Shown: piece after piece, positions 33,875 to 46,514 of the stretch | Layout of the letters: each line of letters starts with the position of its first letter | Position numbering within the stretch: the first letter of the stretch is position 1 | Assembly: GCA_964016885.1 (NCBI GenBank) | Contig: OZ024742.1 | Span: forward strand, 129,828,001-129,892,000 | Source: Eledone cirrhosa | Taxonomy: Eukaryota | DNA: 64,000 bases | Direction: 5' to 3' | Made by a program: the position numbers and the translations under genes | The notes under the pieces: model-generated | The model's database searches: none | Seen by the model: the letters and a program-made list of their open reading frames with translations, nothing else | Told to the model about the DNA's origin: nothing

Positions 33875-36711
33875 TCATCATCATCATCATCATCAACGTT
33901 TAACGTCCGTGTTCCACGCTTGCATGGGTTTGGACGGGGGTAGTCCCACTTGAGGCAAGAGTGATTGTCTTGCTCGCATAGGACTGTCTGGCAGGTTTTC
34001 TACAGTTGGATGCCCTTCCTAACACCAACCACATTTACAGTGTGGGTCTGGGAGGTTTTTACCGTGTTGCCTACACGGCCACATTACAGCGTGGACTGTG
34101 TGTTTTTTTGTCGTGACACCTACACGATCTCATTTGTTTCGGCCTGGATGGCGCGGCACCAACATAACTTTACATAGAACGGGGTGGTGTGGATGGGGTG
34201 GGGTGGCGGCGGGAGGGGTGTATTTTGTTAGAGATGCCTACTGGCAAGGCGGGTCTTCTCTGTTACTGAGTACCGCCAAAGGTCTCGGTCCAGTGACATT
34301 GTCTTGGAGAGGTGTAAGTGTGTGAGGTCGGAGTTTATCAGCTCATCCCATGTTTTTCTAGGTCTGCCTATTCCGTGGCTACCGTCTATCTTTATTGCCC
34401 TGCACTTTGTAATACAGCTATCGACTTTCATGCGCATCACGTGTCCATACCAACGCAGCCTTCTCTCGAGTAAACAACATCTGATCCCTCTTATCTCTAA
34501 TTTTTTCCTTAGTTCGTTTATGCTTTGCCGTTCACGTATATTACTGTTACACATCCAGCGGAGCATGCAAGCTTCGTTCCTCTCTAGTCTGCGTATATCC
34601 TCTGCACACAATGCCCAGGTCTCACTACCATGCAACATTGCTGTTCGTATGCAGGCATCGTACAACCTGCCTTTCATTTTTAGGGAGAACCCTTTAGCAG
34701 CTAATAGTGGTATAAGCTCTCTGAACTTTTTCCAACCAGTTCTGACTCTAGCTACAGTACTTTCAGAGCACCCTCCCCCACTGCTGATTTTATCGCCCAG
34801 GTAACGGAAGCTGTCCACTATTTCTATAGAACCCTCTGCGCAATTGAAAGAGCTAGTATTTTGTGGGCACTTGCTGCTACTTATTGCACCAGAACACCGG
34901 CCACATGTAAAGTCTATGTTCTTAGTTAGCTTACCTGTGATCCCACTACATCTTTTATGCACCCATACTTTGCATTTAGGACATAAGATGGAGTTTCTAC
35001 CTACGCCTTTCCTACATACCGAGCACGACCATTTCCCAGAAGGGACCGCCGCCTTGTTTTCTTTCTACAAACTAGAACTTTGGTCTTAGCCAGGTTAATT
35101 TTAAGTCCTTTTGACTCTAGGCCGTGCTTCCATGTTTGGAATTTCTTCTCTAGCTCGGCCATTGATTCCGCTATGAGTGTCAGGTCGTCTGCGTATAGGA
35201 GTTCCCATGGGCAGCCTGTCTTGAACTCCTCTGTTATAGCCTGAAGGGCAATAATAAATAGTAGGGGGCTGAGAACAGAGCCCTGATGGACGCCAACTTT
35301 TACGCTAAACTCTTCACTATATTCGTTGTTAATTCTAACCTTGCTGACTGTTTCTTTATACATGGCTTGTATAGCCCTCACAAGCCATTCGTCAACGCCT
35401 AGTTTTCTAAGAGCCCACCAGATAATGGAGCGGGGGACTCTGTCGAAGGCTTTCTCCAGGTCGACAAAAGCTAAGTAGAGGGGTTTACCTTTAGCTAGGT
35501 ACTTCTCCTGTAGTTGTCGTACTATGAAAAGAGCGTCTGTGGTGCTTTTGCCTGACACAAACCCGAACTGCATTTCATCTAGATCAATTCTCTCTCTGAT
35601 TAGTTGCGCTATTACTTTTTCCGTGACCTTCATGACCTGGTCGATTAATTTAATGCCTCTATAGTTACTCCTATCTAGGGCGTCTCCTTTACCCTTATAA
35701 CAGTTAACGATGATGCTGCTATGCCAGTCCTTCGGAACAACCCCATTCTGTACGACTTGGTTAACTATGCGGGTGACCATGGTGTGTCCCACCGTGCCAG
35801 ATGCCTTCAGCATCTCAGCAACTATTTCCGAAGGCCCAGCCGCCTTACCAGTCTTCATATCCTTGATTGCCTTACTTATTATACTCCCCTCGACTAACAC
35901 TGCTGGTCCCTCTATCGGGTCGATAAGGGGGAGACTGTCTTTCTCCCATTTATTCTCCTCATTTAGTAGTCTTTCATAGTGACACTTCCAAGCTACCTTC
36001 TTATCAGTGTCGGTGATGGCAAGTATGCCATCATCGTTAAGTACACACTTCTCCCCGACAATATCACGGTTTTCCTTGACGCATTGCCTGGCAATCCTGA
36101 ACACCTCACGTTTTTGGTCATCGCGTTGTAGAACATGCTTGAACTTTCTTTCCTCAGCTTCCCTTCTTGCTAAGTACACTTCTCTCCTAGCTTCCCTCCT
36201 GGCCACTTGATAGTCTACTCTACTTCCCCCATCCCGCCATACTTTCCAAGCCTGCTTTTTGGCCTTAATTGACCCCTCCACCCTATTGTTCCACCACCAT
36301 GTTACTCTCCTCCTGCCTACAGGCCTGCTCCAGCCACAGACTTCGTCTGTCGCCAACAGCAGGTTTGCTTTCAGAAATTTCCACTGTCCCTCTATATTGT
36401 CCGATTCTAGATGCTCTTCCTTACTGTCGAAAGCATCAAGTAATATGCTTTGAAATTTATTTCTGGCTGTGGGGTCCTTTAGTTTCCATATTTTCCTCCT
36501 GAGGATAGTCCTCTTCTGCTGTCGGGTGCGTCTCGTCCTGACTATGAGGTCGCTAATTATCAGTCTATGTTGGGAGGTGCATTCTTCATGGGGGAGGGAT
36601 TTAGTGTTTACAACAGACACTCTGTCACGTCTTCTGGTAAGGATATAATCTACCTGGCTTGTGTGTTCCCCGGATCTATAGGTAATCAGGTGATTGTCAC
36701 GTTTTTTGAAG

Positions 36712-36712
<1 letters not shown>
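33872..36712 (-). mobile_element. RTE LINE copy 1 (5'-truncated, 1-bp frameshift near 35063)
   Basis: SQVDYIL/SQHRL endonuclease end, NYRGIKL, QFGF, FVDLEKAFDRVP, GVHQGSVLSP, LLYADDL; 3'UTR and (GAT)n; (TA)n on both flanks. Confidence 0.95.
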
Positions 36713-36755
<43 letters not shown>

Positions 36756-36756
36756 C

Positions 36757-36855
36757 CTCGTTTGTCTATTTATTAGCAATGCACTTAAAAACAAATGACC
36801 AATCATGTTTAAAGTTGGCATGTGAGTTCCTTAGACTTAGGAGTAGGTTTTCCTT
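36757..36855 (-). mobile_element. Helitron-like non-autonomous repeat fragment (related pieces at ~18905-19015 and ~29165-29330)
   Basis: Shared AATGCACTTAAAAAC.A..GACCAATCATGTT.AA..TGGCATGTGAGTTCCTTAGA among three loci. Confidence 0.5.
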
Positions 36856-37897
36856 ACACTTGGATCTATATTCATTTGTTCATATGTTTGTCAATCTGTG
36901 GACATCATGAGTTATCGTCTTCCCAAGAAACTCGAAGTAAGTCATGTTTGTATTTGGCAGCGACACTGTTGATGTCTCACTGTTACCATGACTACTAACA
37001 TTATTTTTCAGAACTCAAGAAAGCTTCTAGATATAAGTTTTAAAACAGAGGCAATGAAGTGGAATTCCAGCTAGATCCTGTCAACAACATTTCTGTGCAG
37101 CTTAATTGACCATGTTGGGGCTTGGCCCCTGTAGAGTGTAAGAAGTTAAGAGCCGAAACACTTCCATGAGGGGGGGTTTCTTCTCTGAAGACCTTCTGTT
37201 GTCCAGCTCCTGTGAGAGTTTCTTACAATTATCCCCTTCATATATTTCCTCTCTGTGTGTATATATGCCACATTATCTTATAGAACTCTGTGTGTATATG
37301 TGTGTGGTGTGTCAGCCACTTTCAGAAGAAGAAGAACCATAATATTTACAACTGTATTTCATCTGTGATATGAAGACCCAATCACAGACAAGATATGAAA
37401 GGAATAAAGATATGTTACATAAAAGAAATGGCTATATTAGAACTTTCAAATATACCCTAGAAAAGGTTTTGAACGAAATTTCATTATTTATTTCAGCTTC
37501 TTCTAATATATTTATAAAATTAAAAAGAAATATACATTTTGTTTTCATAGAATATAACTGCAGATGTACATGGCTCAATAGACTTTTTATCACCAGATGA
37601 AGAACAAGAGAAAGAAAATACAAAACTTTTATGGTTGTTGTTGAAGAAACAAAAATAACATGTATAAAAGTCCTTTTTAAACTATTGATTATCTCCCATG
37701 TGTTACTTTTTTATGATCATAGTGAAGAAAGAAATTTACCTAATAAAAATGCTCTTCCTAAACCAACCTTCTTACAACATACAGCAATATGGTGCACCTA
37801 TTCTAAAAACCAATATACACACGTTTCTTTTTGCTAACTTCCCAACTCCGATCCACAGCTTAATTTCATCCTGCCTTAAAAATTCATTGAATATGTG

Positions 37898-38132
37898 AGG
37901 GTGTCCTTGAATTGGCTGTGCACAGGTGTCAACCAATTCGATGCAGCCATGCACAACTGAAGGCTGCGTCTAGTTCACCAGAGCAGACTGCTGAACATAT
38001 ACTGAGTGGCCAGATTTCCACCCACTTGAGAATATGAATCCCTCACACCTTAATTCCACTACCCTGAGCTGGTTACAATGCCTGGGGGACATCGCATAAT
38101 TGCAGCTGTCTCAGACACAAGAAAAAGAAGGA
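37898..38132 (+). mobile_element. Degraded 3' end of an ingi/Vingi-like LINE
   Basis: L.TGV..F...MH...QTAEHIL...WL pattern and an (AAG)-rich tail. Confidence 0.45.
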
Positions 38133-39184
38133 ACAACAGCATTTAGGGATACACTATGCAATATTTTTTCCAGCATTAGAAACCTATTCTTTTTCACTTG
38201 CAGACAACATCTTCTATAAAATCTGATTTACAACTATTGAACATCAACATTTTGGTCAGCCAACTTTTTCATCTGCTCTTACTAAATGAAAACACCTTTA
38301 ACTGTAAACAGTTTTCAACAACAATGTTAGTTGCCTGTGATCCTCATGGATGTGGATGATCTGATCCAAAATTTATATAGATTGCCTTGGCTACAATGAT
38401 GATGATGATATCTCAGAGATCTAGATCAACACCATAACATTATGATTCCATTTCAATACAAACCTTATTCTGACTGAAATAATGGATAAATATGTGAGAG
38501 TAGACTTTGGTATTTGGAATCTGAAGTACTTCTATTGCTGATTCACCAACCAGGGTTGTATTAAAAAAACTTTCTTTTTCTCTATAGAACTCTTGCTTTC
38601 TTGAATGATAATTGTGTACCTTGGATGGTTTCTTTCATAGTTTTACATAGCTTTCGGTGTATTTCCAAACATTTAAAAATTGTCTTCATTTCTGCATTTA
38701 GCATGAATTTTATTGGCTAATGCAACTATTTTTCTATCATGCAGTTGTTCCATGGCAGTATTTGCTGAGGCTATTTGCATGAGCGTATTATTTCCAGTAC
38801 AATTAACCCAATTAAGAAGTAAAAATCACATGGCATTCAATAATGCACAGCTAATTGTGCATGTTTGGGGTTTTTGATCATGTCAAATCAAGCAATATCT
38901 GTATGTTATGAGATAATTGCTTTATAACCTTGTAATAATTCAAGTGTCCGTGAAATTAATTTTCTGTCATCGGTGATGGTTACACAGAGTGGATATCACT
39001 TCAGACTAGCCTCTCAAAGGTTGTAGAGGCTTTGAATAATTTTTAAGGCACTATAGGGTGGTCTAATGTCTGTCATTGTATCTTGGATGACAAGATTCAG
39101 GAGGCAGCCAAAACAATGGAACACTGAACATAGATGGCAATTACAGAAGACTTTGTTCTTGTTCTAAAAGTCTAAAGTTTGTCT

Positions 39185-39451
39185 CAAGCCCGGAGGCTCA
39201 TCAAACTGATGCTTATCCCAGTTTCCATGGTGTTAAACAACTGAGAATACAAGAGTCCTCCTGGAAAAGACACCAATCCATCGAAGGGTTAAACACACAG
39301 CTATTGCTGGTCCTCATTTTCAGCTGAGTATACTGGAACAATGTGAAATTAAGTGTTTTGCTCAAGAACACAACACACAACTCAGTCCAGAAATCAAACC
39401 CATGACATTATAACTGTGTCCAACACCCTAACCACTAGACCACATGCTTCC
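39185..39451 (-). mobile_element. tRNA-derived CORE-like SINE, family D (also 60865-61140 and a head fragment at 41572-41649)
   Basis: tRNA head TGGTCTAGTGGTTAG, core GTGTTCTTGAGCAAAACACTTAATTTCACATTG, tail distinct from family B. Confidence 0.8.
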
Positions 39452-39811
39452 ACTTTGTTTTTGTTGCCAAACCTTTCAGAAGACTGCCCAAATTTGCAAC
39501 ACTAAAAACAATTTTGTCAAATTTCAGCTCCATAGAGGATACTTCTTTGCATAGAAATTATTGCATAGAATCTTATAAAAAACTGAGAATTTTGTCCTCA
39601 AGTAAGAATTAAAATCACAACTTTCAGATTATCAACTTTTGTTCCTTGTAAATATATTTGAAAAATTTAAATATGTTATAAGCAAAATGCAGTGCAAAAA
39701 GTAGACTGCATTCTTTTGTGATTGTTTTGCAACTGTGGATTGCATTTTTCTTAGTGTATTCATTTTTCTTTGGTTCAACATTAAATTTTGCAGTAAAAAC
39801 AATGTTTCATA

Positions 39812-40520
39812 TACATGGTGGGTGAAAAGAAACTCATTATTGAAAATTACTTACAACTTTTGGCCTACCATGACCACTTGTGACAACACCGATGACCTTA
39901 TGTTCATGCAAGATGGCACCCCCTCTCCATTTTGCACTCACTGTCCATGAGTGGCTTGATTTCCAATTTCCAGGGCCAGCAAGAAGCCCTGACTTAAAGC
40001 CACGTAATTTTTTCCTGTTGGGGTGGGTGAAGGAAAAATTTAACCCTTTAGCAGTTAAACCGGCCATAACCGGCCAGAATCTTTTCACCTCTTTCTGTTG
40101 AAACCAGCTGTAACTGGCCACTCATACTTATGTTAAGGTATTGTTCTCAAAATAAATAATATCAGAATCTCGTAGATTCGATATTATGTGAGATAGTGTT
40201 TTCCATGAAATTAAATAATAAATATAGAGTAATGTAAATGCTAAAGGGTTAAAGCTCAAAACCAAAATCTCTAACTCAGTTGGAATAATGCATTTGTCAT
40301 GTATTGACCAACTTACTGCTTGATTCTCTGATGAAGTCAGTCAAGGATATACCCAGGTGATTACCAATACTGGCGGACAATGCTGGTGCCTATATAGAAT
40401 TTAAACACTGTACTTCTACCATTATACTCTAAAAAAAACATGTTTAAAGAAAATTCACCAATAATTAATAAAATTATGAAAAATTTCAAATAAGGAATTT
40501 CCTTCCATCCGCCCAGTACT
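39812..40520 (+). mobile_element. Degraded Tc1/mariner remnant with an inserted piggyBac-type MITE (40040-40252)
   Basis: FMQDG.P.HF...V.EWLD..FPG..PARSPDL.P..FFL.G.VKE, broken by TTAA-CCCTTTAGCA...TGCTAAAGGG-TTAA. Confidence 0.75.
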
Positions 40521-40611
40521 GAACTAATTTAAATTAATTACTTAATTATAATATTTATTAGAAAACTGCAGAAATTGTGTTTGGTTTGTGAAAACAAATT
40601 TCCTCAAAAAT

Positions 40612-41453
40612 ATGTTGTGTTAGAACTATATATAACAAATGTGTTAGAACTATACATAACAAATGTGTTAGAACTATATAAAAAAAATGTGTTGTGTTAG
40701 AACTATATATAACAAACGTGTTAGAACTATATATAACAAACGTGTTAGAACTATATATAACAAATGTGTTATAACTATATATAACAAATGTGTTAGAACT
40801 ATATAAAACAAATGTGTTGTGTTAGAACTATATATAACAAATGTGTTAGAACTATATATAACAAACGTGTTAGAACTATATATAACAAATGTGTTAGAAC
40901 TATATATATAACAAATGTGTTAGAACTATATATAACAAATGTGTTAGAACTATATATAACAAATGTGTTAGAACTATATAGAACAAATGTGTTGTGTTAG
41001 AACTATATAAAACAAACATGTTAGAACTATATATAACAAATGTGTTAGAACTATATATAACAAATGTGTTAGAACTATATAAAACAAATGTGTTGTGTTA
41101 GAACTATATATAACAAACGTGTTAGAACTATATATAACAAATGTGTTAGAACTATATACAACAAATGTGTTAGAACTATATATAACAAACGTGTTAGAAC
41201 TATATATAACAAATGTGTTAGAACTATATATAACAAATGTGTTAGAACTATATATAACAAATGTGTTAGAACTATATATAACACATGTGTTAGAACTATA
41301 TATAACAAATGTGTTAGAACTATATATAACAAATGTGTTAGAACTATATATAACAAATGTGTTAGAACTATATAGAACAAATGTGTTAGAACTATATAGA
41401 ACAAATGTGTTAGAACTATATATAACAAATGTGTTAGAACTATATATAACAAA
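40612..41453. repeat. 24-bp minisatellite (AACTATATATAACAAATGTGTTAG)n, roughly 34 units with longer variant units
   Basis: Contiguous tandem units with no spacers. Confidence 0.95.
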
Positions 41454-42361
41454 ATTGAAATGACAAAAATTTAAAGGAAAAATTTTAATGTGATAAAAGG
41501 GTTTAATAAATTTGAAAGGAATTGTAAATAGCTCTTTGGTAATTTTAGGATGCATTAAAGAGTTCTGAACGCACAACCCAATCCAGGAATCGAAACCACA
41601 ACATTATGATCATAAGTCCAACATCCTTACCACTAGACCTCGCACCTCCACCCTTTCTTCTTTTGTCTTGTTTATTATTTAACATTTTAAAAATACTTTC
41701 ATCATTGTATATGATAAATATGTAAATAAAATGCTTCAGATAAACTATGAAATGATGTAACTAGTCAGGAAATGAAAACTGGCTTCAGTCATAGACTGCA
41801 GTCAGGCTGGGTTTAGTTGATCATATCAATCAAAGTACTTAATTTTTAGTTATTTTATCAATCTCTTTTTTGTCCAACCAAGGCATAAACACAAACGTAG
41901 GCACACTTCACACACATACCATCATCATCATCATCATCCTTTTACATCTGTTTTTCCATGCTTGCATAAGTTAGATGGATCTTTACCAGCACAGCTTCTC
42001 CACATTTGTGTTGCTTTGTCATCTCTGTGACGTTCAGCATTCTCAGATCTATGTAATAAATCATACTTGCTTATAGACACACACACACACATATATATAT
42101 ATATGTGCATGTGTGTGTGTGTAAATATGCAATAGGACTGTCAAATACATAAATCTGAATGTAACACACTCCAAAAACAAAGCCAATAATAAACAAAACA
42201 CCCAATGAATAAGACCATCGGCAGCCTAACTTGTAACTAATACACTCATTAAACCAAATCTAATTATAAACTACATGTCTATATTAGATTCAAGACGTCA
42301 TCCATATTTCCTGACTCAAACTCCATAAACCCAACCACAAACCCTCTCTAAATATGAGTAC

Positions 42362-42400
42362 GAGGAGACAGATCTTTTCAAGCTGCAGTCATCAGTTTCT
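42362..42400 (-). ncRNA. Degenerate hammerhead-like remnant
   Basis: CTGATGA-ctgcagctt-GAAA-AGATCT-GTC; palindromic loop but poor stems I and II. Confidence 0.35.
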
Positions 42401-43549
42401 GTTAAAGAATAGACAATAAACAATATCTATCTATCTATATATATATATATATATATACTCAATGGGCTTCTGTAGTTTCCATCTACTAAATCCTATTCAC
42501 AAGATATTGATCAAGGCATTTGTCCAAGGTACCATACAGTAGGACTGAACCCAGAATCATATGGCTGTGAAGCAAACTCTTTAACCATATAGCGATGCCT
42601 GTGCCTATTGGCCATTTTTCTCTTAGTTTACAACATTTAATATATACAAAATACTTCTTAAAAAGAAGGCAGTTTATCAAAATCAGTGCTACTTCTCACT
42701 AAATGCCTTATAGCGGTGATTCTCCATGTGAGTCTCAGAAATTTTTTTAAATGGGCCTGTAGCTGGTTCAAAGAAAGATAGGTGCTTTGAAATACTTTTT
42801 TTTTTTTTTTTTTACTGGCGTAAATGGACACCAGGAGCAGTGTAGTGAGGATTTATATTTTTTACCACATTTTGCTTCTGTAAATAAAATGTATTTCTTG
42901 TTACACAGAATTTATATTAGTGCTTATATGAGCCTGAAATATTTTTGACACCAAAAATGGACCAAAGGAAGAAATGGTTGAGAAACACTGCCTTATAGTA
43001 TTTAGATTTGTCCCTTTATATTCTGAATTCAAATTCGAACAGAATCTATACAGTAAGTACCAGCTATGAATTAGTATTGATTCAAACAAATAAACTTTCC
43101 TACAAATCTAAGGCCTTTCATTAATGTACAAAATCATTATTATCATCATCGTCATCAATCATCTATTTTTAGGACAGTGAACTAGTAGAATCGGTGGAAC
43201 TTTGAACCAAATACATCATTGTTCTATTTGTACTGAAGTCGATGAAATAATATTGATTTTTCCATAGGAAGAACGCCAATTTATATCGAGGAAAGATAAT
43301 TATCGATCAAAACAACCTAAGATTGTTTCTTGTATATGAAATTAAACATTTGACCCCTGGCAAGAATTGAACACAGAATTTAGAGGGCCTAAGCTAAATA
43401 ATGTCAACAGAACCAGTGTAGCATTCCCTACTACAGCAAGCATTGACGGTTGGGACATGTACGTGTTGTAGTGTAAATCTGTTCAAGCTTTGCAAGCAAA
43501 GTACAAAATTAGATGTAGCTCTACAATCACCACCACCATTATCCTTATT

Positions 43550-43867
43550 ATCATCATCATCATCATTTTATGTCCGCTTTTCCCTGCTGATTCTGGCTTG
43601 AATTCTACAGCTGGATGCCCTTCCTAACACCAACCTCATTTACAGTGAGTGGAGGGTGCTTTTTTTCCGTGGTGCCTACACGTCCACTTTACAGTGGAAT
43701 GATAGGGACCTCAGTCCCTATCATCTCGTTTCTACAGCTGAGTAAACTGGAGCAATGTGAAATAAAGTGTCTTGCTCAAGGAAACAACACATCACCCGGT
43801 CTGAGAATTGAACTCACAACCTTTTGATTGCAAGGCCACTGCTCTAACCACTAAGCCATGTGCCTCC
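43550..43867 (-). mobile_element. SINE family B
   Basis: Homology to 1281 and 7267; (CAT)n. Confidence 0.9.
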
Positions 43868-43919
43868 ATATTATATATATATATACACACACACAGACAC
43901 ACACATATATATATATATA

Positions 43920-46040
43920 TCATCATCAACGTTTAACGTCCGTGTTCCACGCTTGCATGGGTTTGGACGGGGGTAGTCCCACTTGAGGCAAGAGTGATTG
44001 TCTTGCTCGCATAGGACTGTCTGGCAGGTTTTCTACAGTTGGATGCCCTTCCTAACACCAACCACATTTACAGTCTGGGTCTGGGAGGTTTTTACCGTGT
44101 TGCCTACACGGCCACATTACAGCGTGGACTGTGTGTTTTTTTGTCGTGACACCTACACGATCTCATTTGTTTCGGCCTCGATGGCGCGGCACCAACATAA
44201 CTTTACATAGAACGGGGTGGTGTGGATGGGGTGGGGGTGGTGGTGGTGGGACGGGGTGTATTTTGTTAGAGATGCCTACTGGCTGGAGTAGGTTTTACTA
44301 TATATTTAGGTAAGGCGGGTCTTCTCTGTTACTGAGTACCGCCAAAGGTCTCGGTCCAGTGACATTGTCTTGGAGAGGTGTAAGTGTGTGATGTCAGAGT
44401 TTATCAGCTCGTCCCAGGTTTTTCTAGGTCTGCCTATTCCGTGACTACCGTCTATCTTTATTGCCCTGCACTTTGTTATACAGCTATCGACTTTCATGCG
44501 CATCACGTGTCCATACCAACGTAGCCTTCTCTCGAGTAAACAACATCTGATCCCTCTTATCTCTAATTTTTTCCTTAGTTCGTTTATGCTTTGCCGTTCA
44601 CGTATATTACTGTTACACATCCAGCGGAGCATGCAAGCTTTGTTCCTCTCTAGTCTGCGTATATCCTCTGCACACAATGCCCAGGTCTCACTGCCATGCA
44701 GCATTGCTGTTCGTATGCAGGCATCGTTCAACCTGCCTTTCATTTTTAGGGAGAACCCTTTAGCAGCTAATAGTGGTATAAGCTCTCTGAACTTTTTCCA
44801 ACCAGTTCTGACTCTAGCTACTGTACTTTCAGAGCACCCTCCCCCACTGCTGATTTTATCGCCCAGGTAACGGAAGCTGTCCACTATTTCTATAGAACCC
44901 TCTGCGCAATTGAAAGAGCTAGTATTTTGTGGGCACTTGCTGCTACTTATTGCACCAGAACACCGGCCACATGTAAAATCTATGTTCTTAGTTAGCTTAC
45001 CTGTCATCCCACTACATCTTTTATGCACCCATACTTTGCATTTAGGACATAAAATGGAGTTTCTACCTACGCCTTTCCTACACACTGAGCACGACCATTT
45101 CCCAGAAGGGACCGCCGCCTTGTTTTCTTTCCTACAAACTAGTACTTTGGTCTTAGCCAGGTTAATTTTAAGTCCTTTTGACTCTAAGCCGTGCTTCCAT
45201 GTTTGGAATTTCTTCTCTAGCTCGGCCATTGATTCCGCTATGAGTGTCAGGTCGTCTGCGTATAGGAGTTCCCAGCCTGTCTTGAACTCCTCTGTTATAG
45301 CCTGAAGGGCAATAATAAATAGTAGGGGGCTGAGAACAGAGCCCTGATGGACGCCAACTTTTACGCTAAACTCTTCACTATATTCGTTGTTAATTCTAAC
45401 CTTGCTGACTGTTTCTTTATACATGGCTTGTATAGCCCTCACAAGCCATTCGTCAACGCCTAGTTTTCTAAGAGCCCACCAGATAATGGAGTGGGGGACT
45501 CTGTCGAAGGCTTTCTCCAAGTCGACAAAAGCTAAGTAGAGGGGTTTACCTTTAGCTAGGTACTTCTCCTGTAGTTGTCGTACTATGAAAAGAGCGTCTG
45601 TGGTACTTTTGCCTGACACAAACCCGAACTGCATTTCATCTAGGTCAATTCTCTCTCTGATTAGTTGCGCTATTACTTTTTCCGTGACCTTCATGACCTG
45701 GTTGATTAATTTAATGCCTCTATAGTTACTCCTATCTAGGGCGTCTCCTTTACCCTTATAACAGTTAACGATGATGCTGCTATGCCAGTCCTTCGGAACA
45801 ACCCCATTCTGTACGACTTGGTTAACTATGCGGGTGACCATGGTGTGTCCCACCGTGCCAGATGCCTTCAGCATCTCAGCAACTATTTCCGAAGGCCCAG
45901 CCGCCTTACCCGTCTTGATATCCTTGATTGCCTTACTTATTATACTCCCCTCGACTAACACTGCTGGTCCCTCTATTGGGTCGATATGGGGGAGACTGTC
46001 TTTCTCCCATTTATTCTCCTCATTTAGTAGCCTTTCATAG
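43920..46040 (-). mobile_element. RTE LINE copy 2 (5'-truncated, RT open apart from a 6-bp deletion)
   Basis: Near-identical to copies 1 and 3; ORF 44306-46040. Confidence 0.95.
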
Positions 46041-46065
46041 ATATATATATATGTATATATTTTTA

Positions 46066-46280
46066 ATCGATCGACTTTCGTCAAATCGGACCGAGGAAAC
46101 AATGTTTCGGTTGGTCTTTCCAGTTGCTAGTACTATCTATCGGTCGCAACTCCAGGTAGAAGGAGCAACGTGAAATAAAGTGTCTTGCTCAAGGACATAA
46201 CGCATCGCCTGGTCCAGGAATCGAACTCACAACCTCAAGATTGTGAATCCAATTCTCTAACCACTCAGCCACACGCCTTC
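46066..46280 (-). mobile_element. SINE family C, full-length (tRNA head, CORE-like block, structured non-RTE tail)
   Basis: A-box TGGCTGAGTGG, B-box GAGTTCGATTCC, CCTTGAGCAAGACACTTTAT, tail ending GACGAAAGTCGATCGAT; (TA)n on both sides. Confidence 0.88.
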
Positions 46281-46334
46281 ATATGTATATATGTATATAT
46301 ATATACATATATACATATATATATATCCATATAC

Positions 46335-46429
<95 letters not shown>

Positions 46430-46514
46430 CACATATTTATATATATATATATATACACACACATATTTATATATATATATATACATATACATATATAGAT
46501 ATACATATATAGAG

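Noticed and set aside
35001-36821. N-termini of the 606-aa and 598-aa (44306-46102) RTE ORFs as real starts
   Set aside because: They read through (TA)n and unrelated flanking repeats; the elements are 5'-truncated
40612-41453. CRISPR-like array or repeat-protein ORFs (ITNVLELY)n
   Set aside because: The units are contiguous with no unique spacers, there are no cas genes, and the context is eukaryotic; the ORFs are by-products of a 24-bp period
46075-46125. Hammerhead in the SINE C tail (CTGGAAA...GAAA-GTCGATCGA-TTA)
   Set aside because: There is no CUGANGA or compensated core; it is better explained as a GAAA tetraloop hairpin, so it is kept only as a structured tail
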